Source of the DNA: Fibrobacteria bacterium
GTDB lineage: Bacteria > Fibrobacterota > Fibrobacteria > UBA11236 > JADFYW01
Reading direction: 5' to 3'
NCBI GenBank assembly: GCA_050294405.1
Contig: JBNKOC010000008.1
Coordinates: 59,332 to 123,331 of the forward strand
Length of the DNA stretch: 64,000 nt
Translations under genes and position numbers: made by a program
Notes under the pieces: generated by a model
Database searches by the model: none
What the model was told of the DNA's origin: nothing
The model's input: only the letters and a program-made list of their open reading frames with translations
In this document: positions 38,734 through 47,838 of the stretch, one piece after another
Position numbering within the stretch: position 1 is the first letter of the stretch
Layout: each line of letters begins with the position of its first letter

Positions 38734-40364
38734 AGATTTTGATCCATGGCTTGGGAATCGCCCAGCTTGTATCTGAAATTACCACTAACAACATACAAAT
38801 TACCCTCTTTATCCCGCAGCCGCCCTTCCGTTAGGGTTCCTTCCACCAATTGCTCCTTGCTGTCCAGGGTAGAACGAATACTGGTCCCCTCATCAAGAGC
38901 AATACTTGTATCTGAGTAGATCCAAACAGAGCTGTCGGCATTAATGGGAATTTGGGTGAAAATATAATAGGCGGGGTTTTCTATGGTGATTAATTTGTCC
39001 TTGTTTTGTCCGGGAGTTGTAACAAATCCCAGTGGAAAATTTCCGAACTCCTCCTCGGCATAAATTTGAATACTATCTGCTCCATTTTCATTATGTATGC
39101 ATTTCGAATCAAAATAATACTTAAGGGTATCCCCCCCATAGAACAAATGGAAGTAATCCTGCTGAGGAAATCTGCTCAAAGGGTTTTGCGCTATGGACTG
39201 GGAGTCCGCAGGGGAGAGTAGGGCGTTTAAGCCTGAGCCTTTTATACTCAATTTGTTATTTTGATATTGTGCATTTACAGATAAATTCAGGCTGTCGGTT
39301 TCCAAAAGCAAATTTCCATTTTCCACATTCCAATTTAAAAACAGGGGCCAATCTTCTTTGTTTGTAATTACCTTAATTTGTCCGTTGGCATAGAACAATA
39401 AATCATAATATTGGCCAAAATGGTTTTCCACCGGATTTCTATTGTAACCCATGGAATCCGATCGCCAGTAATTTTCAGTTAGAAATTCCAAGTCCACAAA
39501 GTTTTGGTTTTTTTTAGAGCTTGCATAAAATTGTATGTATTCCAACTCCTGCCCTGCCAAACTGTCCAGTTGAAGCAGGTTTTTAGAACCCAATGGCCAG
39601 AGTCTGAGGGAGTCGTAATGGCCTTCCAGAGTGTTGAAATAGTCAATAAGGTAGGTTTCACTAGAGTTGTTATTGGATAATTTAAGGCTGTCTCCGAAAA
39701 TTTCCGCATCCATAACAATTGTATCCAATTGGCCCCGCAAAGATTTGTAAATGGTCACCGATTCTTCCTCAAATACATAGTAGGTGATTTCCCGGCTAAA
39801 ATCTTGGGGCTGAAACTGCCTATCCTCATTTCTGTACCCCGAATACTCCCAGGTTTTGGCGCTGGAATCGCTTTTCATATACAAGTGACCTACAAAATCT
39901 TCCTGGGATGGAACGGGGATTTTTTCAAAATGTATGTAGTCTTCGGAATCTTCAAAATACAGGTTCAGGTAATAGCCTTCGAAATAAAGCCTGGTTTTGA
40001 GGCTGGCTTCCCAATTTTCATTTTCTCCATTTGTCCCGGAAAAAGATAAACGCTTTGCATTCTGGTTGTATGTTATCGTCCCATTTAGATAGCCGGGGAA
40101 AATATCAGCGGATTTATTCTTTATATATACAGAAGAGTCTTTTAAAATTTCAATGCGGATTTGAGAATAGGACTGAATCTTGTCGTTTTGCGCTTCGAAT
40201 AGATAGGTGGAAATCCATTCTCCTTCAAAAAGCTGAATGTTCCAGTCTGGCTCTTCGTTTATTATTTCATCCAGTTCATCCTGGGGATCCTGGAAATTAA
40301 CCGAGCAGGCCATATAGCAAAGCGCTCCCGCAAAAACGAAAAAAAGCGGAAATAAGTGTTTCAT
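38712..40364 (-). CDS. hypothetical lipoprotein (beta-rich, Tyr/Asn/Trp-rich)
   Basis: Lipobox ALCYMAC; 550 aa. Overlaps the next gene by 22 nt. Confidence 0.35.
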   Translation of the reverse strand: MKHLFPLFFVFAGALCYMACSVNFQDPQDELDEIINEEPDWNIQLFEGEWISTYLFEAQNDKIQSYSQIRIEILKDSSVYIKNKSADIFPGYLNGTITYNQNAKRLSFSGTNGENENWEASLKTRLYFEGYYLNLYFEDSEDYIHFEKIPVPSQEDFVGHLYMKSDSSAKTWEYSGYRNEDRQFQPQDFSREITYYVFEEESVTIYKSLRGQLDTIVMDAEIFGDSLKLSNNNSSETYLIDYFNTLEGHYDSLRLWPLGSKNLLQLDSLAGQELEYIQFYASSKKNQNFVDLEFLTENYWRSDSMGYNRNPVENHFGQYYDLLFYANGQIKVITNKEDWPLFLNWNVENGNLLLETDSLNLSVNAQYQNNKLSIKGSGLNALLSPADSQSIAQNPLSRFPQQDYFHLFYGGDTLKYYFDSKCIHNENGADSIQIYAEEEFGNFPLGFVTTPGQNKDKLITIENPAYYIFTQIPINADSSVWIYSDTSIALDEGTSIRSTLDSKEQLVEGTLTEGRLRDKEGNLYVVSGNFRYKLGDSQAMDQNLWLRSKQ

Positions 40365-40452
40365 TTCCGAAAAACCTTTTTAATTACCATGGATTAATTT
40401 TATTATACCTGCATTACAAAGGGAAAGCGCATATGGCCTTTCTGAAGGAGAT

Positions 40453-41070
40453 TTGGAAAAAGTGAATCCTGTTCGAAAAATATATGACTGGGTGTTGGGT
40501 TTGGCTCAATCTCCCTACGGCAGTTTTTGGCTTATTTTATTGGCAATTGCCGAATCTTCCTTTTTTCCTATTCCCCCTGACGTGCTGCTAATAGCCCTTT
40601 GTCTTGGAAACCAGAAAAAAAGCTGGACCTTTGGGCTGATTTGCTCGTTGGGTTCTGTGATAGGTGGGGTTGCCGGTTACGCTATCGGACATTTTATGTG
40701 GTGGAGTGGGGCTGAGTTTTCGGGATTTGCCCAATGGTTTTTTGACTATATCCCAGGTTTTAAAGAAGCCAAATTTTTCGAGGTAAAAGAACTGTACGAA
40801 AAGTTCAATTTCTGGATAGTTTTTGCTGCGGGATTTACCCCCATTCCCTATAAAATTATCACAATCTCCGCAGGGGCCTTTTCAGTGGATTTCGCCATGT
40901 TTTTAATAGCCTCAATGGTGGGTCGAAGCGCCCGTTTTATTCTAGTATCCGGTTTATTGTATTTTTTCGGCTATCCCATTAAAAACTGGATAGACAAGTA
41001 TTTTAACTGGCTGGCCATTATTTTTACCCTACTTTTGGTTGGCGGATTCTGGTTGATAAAGTTACTTTAA
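40453..41070 (+). CDS. YqaA/DedA-related (VTT-domain) inner membrane protein
   Basis: N-terminal SFWLILLAIAESSFFPIPPDVLLIAL motif typical of the YqaA family; 205 aa. Confidence 0.55.
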   Translation: MEKVNPVRKIYDWVLGLAQSPYGSFWLILLAIAESSFFPIPPDVLLIALCLGNQKKSWTFGLICSLGSVIGGVAGYAIGHFMWWSGAEFSGFAQWFFDYIPGFKEAKFFEVKELYEKFNFWIVFAAGFTPIPYKIITISAGAFSVDFAMFLIASMVGRSARFILVSGLLYFFGYPIKNWIDKYFNWLAIIFTLLLVGGFWLIKLL

Positions 41071-41149
41071 AAGTAGAGAAGCCATCAAATTCGGGAATTA
41101 CTGGCTTTTGTAGACAGATAAATGCATTTTAAATGCCACAGGATTTCTA

Positions 41150-41839
41150 TTGAAAATGGTAAAATTTCGATTCCCAGCTAGCTTATTCTTATTTTTGTTG
41201 TTTATGGCGGGTTCTCAATGGGGCTTCGGCCAGTTTATCGGTTTTGAGGACGCTCCAACCCAACGCGGCAATGTGCAGCGGGGTGCTGGCACCCTTGAAG
41301 GCATGGTGGTGGAAAAAAGAGTAGGAGCCACTCCCGATGAGAAAGACGTAACCATTACCTTCATTTTAACAGAAATGCCTTCTGCCTTTTTTGATTATTA
41401 CGACCTTGAAAAAAAAGCGGTGGTTCTGGATCTTTACGATGTGGAAGTGGGGGAGAGTGCCATTGACACCTTAAAAGAGCACCCTATTACCCACAGTTAC
41501 CTGGAACAGACTCAGGTAGACCTCAATAAAGAAGTGGCTGGTTTAAAACCAGATCTAAGAACTGTTGTGCGTATCACTTTGTTTACTCCTTATAACCTCA
41601 GTTATGCCATAGAAGAAGAGTTTGGAGTGGTCACATTGAAATTTAAATGGAGCCGAAAGATTGAAAAAAAATTGAATCGTTCCAAAAATTCCATCTACTG
41701 GAAATTTCCCCTGGCCACAGCGGTTTTGGCAGGTATCGGTTACTACTCTTACGATCGCTGGTTTAAAGAAGAAACCGTTGGTCCCTCTTGCCCTGTTTGT
41801 GACGAAGCGGGCGAATTGCCAAACCATCCTGGCAATTAG
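41150..41839 (+). CDS. secreted/membrane-anchored protein with an AMIN-like beta domain (tentative)
   Basis: Signal peptide. AVVLDLYDVEV...RTVVRITLFTPYNLSYAIEEEFGVVTLKF resembles AMIN. C-terminal TM helix and a CPVCDE tail. Confidence 0.3.
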   Translation: MKMVKFRFPASLFLFLLFMAGSQWGFGQFIGFEDAPTQRGNVQRGAGTLEGMVVEKRVGATPDEKDVTITFILTEMPSAFFDYYDLEKKAVVLDLYDVEVGESAIDTLKEHPITHSYLEQTQVDLNKEVAGLKPDLRTVVRITLFTPYNLSYAIEEEFGVVTLKFKWSRKIEKKLNRSKNSIYWKFPLATAVLAGIGYYSYDRWFKEETVGPSCPVCDEAGELPNHPGN

Positions 41840-41929
41840 TCACAAAATTCCTTTCCATTTTTTTGACTTTCCATTTGAAAATATCATGGGGGCCGATTAG
41901 TTTTTGTTAAAAATTTTAAGGAATAAGGC

Positions 41930-43108
41930 ATGAGCTATAAAATACTGACTCTCAATAAAATTTCCCCCGAAGGCTTAAAAAACTTTAATGGCAATTATGC
42001 CGTTTCCGATGGAGAAAACACTCCTGACGCAATATTGGTGCGCAGCGCAAAAGTAGCCACCGACAACTACGATGGTTTATTGGCTGTGGCCAGAGCAGGG
42101 GCAGGAGTAAATAACATTACCATTGGCGAAGCCACTAAAAAAGGTGTGTGTGTATTTAATACTCCCGGGGCAAACGCTAATGCCGTGGCCGAGTTGGTTA
42201 TGACCATGATGGGCTTTGCCGCCCGAAACATTGGTGAGAGCCTGGATTATACCGCTACTCTGGTGTCTGAAGAAAGTGACGAAGTTATTTCCAAGGCTGT
42301 TGAAGCAAACAAATCAAACTTCAGAGGTTTTGAATTAAAAGGCAAAAAGCTAGCCGTTATTGGCCTGGGCAAAATTGGAGTGCTCGTTTCTAACTACGCC
42401 ATTGATCACGGTATGGAAGTTAATGCTTACGACCCCTGGCCCACTATTGGAAACGTTCATTATTTAAATTCCAAAGTAAATATCTGTGGAAACTTTAATG
42501 ATGCCATTAACGATGCGGAGTTAATTACGGTGCATGTTCCCTTAAGCGATAAAACCCGTGATCTGGTTGGCAGCGACGAACTGGAATTGGTAAAGGACGG
42601 ATGTATATTGTTGAATTTTGCCCGCGATGGCATTATCAATGACGATGCCATTGAAGAAGGTATCAAATCTGGCAAAGTTGCGAAGTTTGTAACTGATTTT
42701 CCTAAAAAAAGGTTTCTAAACAATAAGAATGTGATTTCCACTCCTCATTTGGGAGCAAGCACCTCTGAGTCTGAGGAAAATTGCGCTGTAATGGCGGTAA
42801 ATCAACTTAGTGAATATCTGGAATTTGGAACTGTAACAAACTCTGTAAACTTTCCTATCATAGAGGCGCCAGTCCAAAAATCCACTAAAAGCCGTATTAT
42901 CGTTATTACGGAAGATATTCCCAATATGATTGCTAACATCACAAAGGTAATCGGAGAAACGGGCCTTAACATCGTATCTTTCAGTAATGAAAGCAACGGA
43001 AAAATTGGATATAACATCATAGATTTGGATACTGCAGTTGAAGAAAGTGTCGTAAGCAGCATCAATTCTTTGGGAAATATCATCAAAGTTCGTCTTATAC
43101 AATTCTAA
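41930..43108 (+). CDS. serA: D-3-phosphoglycerate dehydrogenase SerA (with C-terminal ACT domain)
   Basis: 2-hydroxyacid dehydrogenase NAD motif GLGKIG, catalytic HLGAST, C-terminal ACT; 392 aa. Confidence 0.9.
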   Translation: MSYKILTLNKISPEGLKNFNGNYAVSDGENTPDAILVRSAKVATDNYDGLLAVARAGAGVNNITIGEATKKGVCVFNTPGANANAVAELVMTMMGFAARNIGESLDYTATLVSEESDEVISKAVEANKSNFRGFELKGKKLAVIGLGKIGVLVSNYAIDHGMEVNAYDPWPTIGNVHYLNSKVNICGNFNDAINDAELITVHVPLSDKTRDLVGSDELELVKDGCILLNFARDGIINDDAIEEGIKSGKVAKFVTDFPKKRFLNNKNVISTPHLGASTSESEENCAVMAVNQLSEYLEFGTVTNSVNFPIIEAPVQKSTKSRIIVITEDIPNMIANITKVIGETGLNIVSFSNESNGKIGYNIIDLDTAVEESVVSSINSLGNIIKVRLIQF

Positions 43109-43150
43109 AAACATCGCTTAATATTTAAAAATTGCCGTTTTTGGCAAAAA

Positions 43151-43189
43151 AACCCAGACTTTTAAAATTTGAATTTCTGGGTTTTTTTG
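43151..43189. terminator. bidirectional rho-independent terminator after serA
   Basis: A-run, AACCCAGA, 17-nt loop, TCTGGGTT, T7. Confidence 0.65.
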
Positions 43190-43335
43190 TTGATTTGCTG
43201 TTCTATAATGTTTTATGATTATTTTGTTGTTTTAGCATTTTGAAATTCAGTTATTTGAAAATAATGCATTGGAAGTTAATCTGGTAATGTTTGAAATAAG
43301 CAAGGATGATTTAAATAGGCTAGCTGCCTGATGTT

Positions 43336-43983
43336 ATGAAGAATTTTAGAATCGCTGTCTGGCTTATGGTACTCGGCTTCCTATGTGCCACATCCACTTT
43401 GGCTCAGCAGGAATATCTGCTTCGCCCGGGAGACATTATTGTGGTTTCTGTTGTGGATAACCCAGAATTTTCTGTTCGCTCAAAAATCAGACCAGATGGC
43501 AGAATTAACTTTCCCGTTTTAGGTGACATCGAAGTTGCAGGTAAAAATACAACAGGAATTGTGGCCATGATGGAAGAAAAGCTACAGCCCTATGTAAATA
43601 ATGCTGCTGTTAGCGTGACGATTGAGCAGTATTTTGCCAATAAAATATTTTTGATTGGGGATTTAAATGCCAATGGCGAATTTGAAATTTTTGAACCTAT
43701 TGACGTTATTCGGGCTATAGCCATGGCTGGAGGTCTTAAAAACCCCAAAGCCAAAGAGGCAAGAATTATCAAAGGCAATGGGGAAGTTATTTCTGTTCCC
43801 CTTCGCAAGTTATTTACAACAGCCGGTGCCGCAAAAAATGAGAGCTATTTGCTACACCCGGGTGATACATTTTATGTTCCTAAACCGTTTAGCATTCCCT
43901 GGAGCTCATGGAATTTGGTGGTAGCGACCTTGTCCTCTACCATTGTGTTGTATTTCTTAATACAGCAGCTGGGCGGCAGCTAA
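43336..43983 (+). CDS. short Wza-like polysaccharide export protein (Poly_export/SLBB), PEP-CTERM-locus type
   Basis: Signal peptide. LRPGDIIVVSV Poly_export motif, SLBB segment. Only 215 aa with a C-terminal hydrophobic helix. Confidence 0.75.
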   Translation: MKNFRIAVWLMVLGFLCATSTLAQQEYLLRPGDIIVVSVVDNPEFSVRSKIRPDGRINFPVLGDIEVAGKNTTGIVAMMEEKLQPYVNNAAVSVTIEQYFANKIFLIGDLNANGEFEIFEPIDVIRAIAMAGGLKNPKAKEARIIKGNGEVISVPLRKLFTTAGAAKNESYLLHPGDTFYVPKPFSIPWSSWNLVVATLSSTIVLYFLIQQLGGS

Positions 43984-44002
43984 TTTAATTTTATAATATA
44001 CC

Positions 44003-44881
44003 TTGGTTACTATGGAAAAAGTGGAGAACAGCTATCTTTCCTTTTTCGCATTGCATAAATTCCCATTTGACGAGTCCAAAGACACGTCCTTCTTTTTTGA
44101 AAGTGACGATCATTTGGAAGCTCTGGAGAGGCTGGAATATATTGTAAATGACGGAAATATGAATTTTGGGCTGCTTACAGGCGAAGTGGGTAGCGGTAAA
44201 ACCATGCTTAGAATGGTTTTGGAAAACCGAATGGACCGAACCCAGTTTGAGCCCGCAGTTTTGGAAAACTCTTTTTATCCCTTTGAAGATATTGTTTATG
44301 AAATCATAACCCAAATAAAGAATATTTCCGGCCAGCATTTTTTCCTTCAGGAATCAGAGCTTCCAGCCCGGGGCGATAAATATGGATTAGTGAGTACTCT
44401 TAAAAAAATTATGGAGCTAATTCACCTTAAGGAAAATCGTCGGCTTGTCATAATTATGGACGAAGCCCAACAGCTAGATGTTAAGGATTTGGATGAATTA
44501 AAGAACCTAACCAATATTTCTGCAGATGGGGTCAATTTGGTGACCATCATTTTGGCGGGACAGCCGGAGCTAAGAGAAAAGGTAAGGGCGTTAAAACAGG
44601 TAGATCAGCGCATTAGCCTTCGATTCCACCTAAATAACCTACATTTTGAAGATACCAAAAAATACGTGGAGCACCGGCTTAAGGTAGCTGGCCATAAGTC
44701 CGGAAAATTGCTTTCCGATAAAGCATTAGAAGTCTTATTTCGTTATACCCTGGGCGTGCCAAGGGAAATCAATCGAGCCTGTAAATTATCCCTTGAACAT
44801 GCCTTTGCAAATGATAGAGGATTAGTAGAGGAAGAAATTGTAAAAACAGTTCTCGAGGATTTGGAACGCCATCGGTTATAA
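44003..44881 (+). CDS. ExeA-like AAA ATPase of EPS loci
   Basis: Walker A GEVGSGKTMLRMV, Walker B IIMDEAQ. Stop/start overlap TAATG with the next gene. Confidence 0.75.
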   Translation: MVTMEKVENSYLSFFALHKFPFDESKDTSFFFESDDHLEALERLEYIVNDGNMNFGLLTGEVGSGKTMLRMVLENRMDRTQFEPAVLENSFYPFEDIVYEIITQIKNISGQHFFLQESELPARGDKYGLVSTLKKIMELIHLKENRRLVIIMDEAQQLDVKDLDELKNLTNISADGVNLVTIILAGQPELREKVRALKQVDQRISLRFHLNNLHFEDTKKYVEHRLKVAGHKSGKLLSDKALEVLFRYTLGVPREINRACKLSLEHAFANDRGLVEEEIVKTVLEDLERHRL

Positions 44882-47838
44882 TGGAAGAACCCAAGAAAAA
44901 AGCACTCAGTTTTCTTTCCATACGGAACAAAAAGCAGGGAAAGTTTTCTTCCTTTGAGGAAGAAGATGTTATCGAAGTTGAGGAAGAAAAAAGCGAGCAT
45001 TCTTTTAAATCCCGGCGTAGCGGTTATAAAGCTGCTGATAACACCCGACTGGAATCAAGTGTATATGATGGTGATGGGGAAGAGGACTTTGATGTATTTA
45101 AATATATAGGTCTTATTGTAAGTCGTAAATATTGGTTTTTGGGTGGGGTAGCTGTAATGGTTATCATTTGCCTGTTAATTAATTCCAGGCTGCCTAAAAT
45201 ATACAGCAGTACAACGCGTCTATCTGTGAAAGTGCATCCAATTGAAGATGCACTGGGAAACATTTTTTATGGGAATTTTACTGAGCGGGCCTTTTTGGCG
45301 TCAAACCATTTGGAAAATTTAAAGACTCCCGATGAGGATTTTTTAAAGCATGTAATAAATCTACTGGATACCAATCTTACCACCAGAGAAATTCGTTCCA
45401 TATACAAAGTAAAATTGGAACCGGATTCTGATATGCTAATTTTAAGAGTGACCTCTTCCAATGCAAAGCAGGCCAAAAAAATAGCAGACGCGCTGGCAAA
45501 AGCCTATGAGGATTATGATCTCAAATTTAGGCAAAAGAATTTTATGGAAAAGGAAAAATGGATAATATCACAGTTGGATTTGCACTCCGATAAGCTAAAT
45601 ACCCTTGAAGTTTCCATTAAAGACTTTAAAGAAAAATATCCAAAGTTTAACCCGAAAAATTTTAATGATGAAATTTTCCAATTGGAATCTCAATTGAAAA
45701 ATTTAACGCTCACCATGGAAGAAGATAAGCAAAAATTGGATTTGGTTTCTTCCGCCTTTGCCAGGGCGGATTCTGTGGTGGTCGCAGAGGTTACCCGTGA
45801 CAGGCCATTACAAAAAGAACTTTTAACTCTGGAAGTGGAGTTGGCGAAGTTAAAGGTGAATTATGGTGAGGAAAGCCGCCAGGTTAAGGAAACCATGCAG
45901 CAAATGGAAAATATAAAATCCCTATTGGACCAGGATATTGAAACTAAATCATACACAACAATTTTGCAGGCAAACCCTCGCTATCAAAATTTGCAAGGGC
46001 AATTAGATGAACTCCGTTCAGAAAACAAAGTAAAATCTGCTCGCAAGAAAGAATTGGAAAAGATGTTGGAAGAAGCTTACCGTCAATCTTCTGAACAACC
46101 GGAATTGCAGTTGGAATATATTCGCTTGGAAAGGGAGCGCTCAGCCTCCGAAAAATTGTATAACATGCTAAAGGAAAACCTGGAAGAAACCCGTCTTAAA
46201 AAATCAGGTGTCAACCGGGAAGTATATCAGATTGGTCAGGCCAGCGCCCCTTCTTTAGCTACCAAGGGCAAACTAAACTTATGGGCTATTTTAGGCTTGA
46301 GTATTGCTTTTGGAATAGGCCTTTGTGTAGTTGTGGATAAATTAGACAGAAGTATTCGCTTTCCTTTAGAGATTGAAAAAAAATTGGGGATTCCTGTATT
46401 GGGTATTATTCCAGAGTTGGCTCAGGGAGCCAATAAAATAACCATAGATTCAGATTCAAAAATTATTGAGCCTTATAGAAACTTGCGTACCAACATAAAT
46501 TACTCTTCCATTCGGAAAACTTCAGATTGTCAAACTCTGATTATAACCAGCGCCTTGCAGGGAGAAGGAAAAACCACCAAAGCTGTGAACCTGGCTATTT
46601 GTTTTTCATTGGATGGAAAAAAGGTATTGTTGGTGGATGCGGATATGCGTCGTTCCAGCATACATGGAATTTTAAACTGTGAAAAAGGTCCCGGTTTATC
46701 GGAGTATTTGACCGGACAAAATGATTTGGACGATGTAATGCAAAAAACATCTTATCCTGGATTATTTTTAACCAGTTCAGGAGAGAGAATGCCAAATCCT
46801 GCCGAGATATTGGGCAGTGAAGGGCTTTTGAAATTTATTTCCGATGCTAAAAAACACTTTGATGTTATCTTATTTGATTCTCCCGCAATTTTCCCAGTGA
46901 GTGATGCCTTGGTTTTAGCTCCCCTAATGGATGCGGTACTGGTGGTTTTTCGCTCCAATTATACCCCAATGAAGGCGGGCGAAGAAGTGCTGAAAAAGCT
47001 GCGAAGGTTAAATGCCCACATTGTGGGGGGAGTTCTTAATGATGTGGATGCTGGCAAGGGAAAATATTATTACAGCTATTATGGATATTATGGTTACTCT
47101 TATTACCACAACTACTACGATGAGAATCCCAAGAATCCCAGGGAAAATAAAATTGGCGGAGCGGTTACCGCCACTAAAAATAGCATTGGTAATTTTTATA
47201 GGAAATTCCAAGCGGTTAAAAAAAGACCAGAAGAAAAATCGCATAAAAATCGCAGAGCAAGTAGAAGTAAGTTAAATGTAGCTCTGATTGTTCTATCGCT
47301 TTTGCTTTTATTATCAGGGGCTGGACTGCTCGTTATTAAAAAACTCCAGGTTCCCGAGTTCATTCCAATTCAGGATTTTAAAGAAGTTGAAAAAACTGTG
47401 GAAACTAAAAAAGCAGAAATACCTCCAATTAAATCAAATGGAAATTACGAAGATTCATTGCAAATTCGCACTCAATTGAGCAATTGGGCCAATGGATTAG
47501 GGCAACTCAATTTGCCGCTTTACTTGAGTAACTATTCGGTGGTAAAATTTGAATTTAAGGGTGGCGGCTTTGAGGACTGGAAAGTTCGAAAACAAGCTGA
47601 GTTTAAAAACATACAGGACATTAAATTAAAAATTGAACAAATCGAAATAGATTTGGATAAACCTCAGGCAAGGGTAAAATTTTTACAAACTCTGAATGTA
47701 GATGGCAACGAAACTCAATATGAAAAAGTTCAATATTGGGAAAAAGAGGATAAAAGATGGGGGATCGTTCGAGAGGGTATTCTGTCTGCTCAGCAGGAAA
47801 TTGGAGCAAAGGAATTGACCCATGAAATTACTGAATAA
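44881..47838 (+). CDS. Wzc-like chain-length determinant plus BY tyrosine kinase fusion with a C-terminal extension
   Basis: Two TM helices flanking a coiled-coil Wzz region. Walker A SALQGEGKTT, Walker B ILFDSPAI. Tyr cluster YYYSYYGYYGYSYYHNYY. Then a further TM (LNVALIVLSLLLLLSGAGLLVI) and about 170 aa. Confidence 0.85.
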   Translation: MEEPKKKALSFLSIRNKKQGKFSSFEEEDVIEVEEEKSEHSFKSRRSGYKAADNTRLESSVYDGDGEEDFDVFKYIGLIVSRKYWFLGGVAVMVIICLLINSRLPKIYSSTTRLSVKVHPIEDALGNIFYGNFTERAFLASNHLENLKTPDEDFLKHVINLLDTNLTTREIRSIYKVKLEPDSDMLILRVTSSNAKQAKKIADALAKAYEDYDLKFRQKNFMEKEKWIISQLDLHSDKLNTLEVSIKDFKEKYPKFNPKNFNDEIFQLESQLKNLTLTMEEDKQKLDLVSSAFARADSVVVAEVTRDRPLQKELLTLEVELAKLKVNYGEESRQVKETMQQMENIKSLLDQDIETKSYTTILQANPRYQNLQGQLDELRSENKVKSARKKELEKMLEEAYRQSSEQPELQLEYIRLERERSASEKLYNMLKENLEETRLKKSGVNREVYQIGQASAPSLATKGKLNLWAILGLSIAFGIGLCVVVDKLDRSIRFPLEIEKKLGIPVLGIIPELAQGANKITIDSDSKIIEPYRNLRTNINYSSIRKTSDCQTLIITSALQGEGKTTKAVNLAICFSLDGKKVLLVDADMRRSSIHGILNCEKGPGLSEYLTGQNDLDDVMQKTSYPGLFLTSSGERMPNPAEILGSEGLLKFISDAKKHFDVILFDSPAIFPVSDALVLAPLMDAVLVVFRSNYTPMKAGEEVLKKLRRLNAHIVGGVLNDVDAGKGKYYYSYYGYYGYSYYHNYYDENPKNPRENKIGGAVTATKNSIGNFYRKFQAVKKRPEEKSHKNRRASRSKLNVALIVLSLLLLLSGAGLLVIKKLQVPEFIPIQDFKEVEKTVETKKAEIPPIKSNGNYEDSLQIRTQLSNWANGLGQLNLPLYLSNYSVVKFEFKGGGFEDWKVRKQAEFKNIQDIKLKIEQIEIDLDKPQARVKFLQTLNVDGNETQYEKVQYWEKEDKRWGIVREGILSAQQEIGAKELTHEITE

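Noticed and set aside
41283-41300. TGGCAC hexamer that could be a second sigma-54 promoter
   Set aside because: The downstream spacing lacks TTGC, and it is inside the 41150-41839 coding region.
47064-47120. Tyr-rich low-complexity run (YYYSYYGYYGYSYYHNYY), which might be a DNA repeat
   Set aside because: It is in frame inside the Wzc-like gene at exactly the position of the BY-kinase C-terminal tyrosine cluster. It is a functional motif, not a repeat element.
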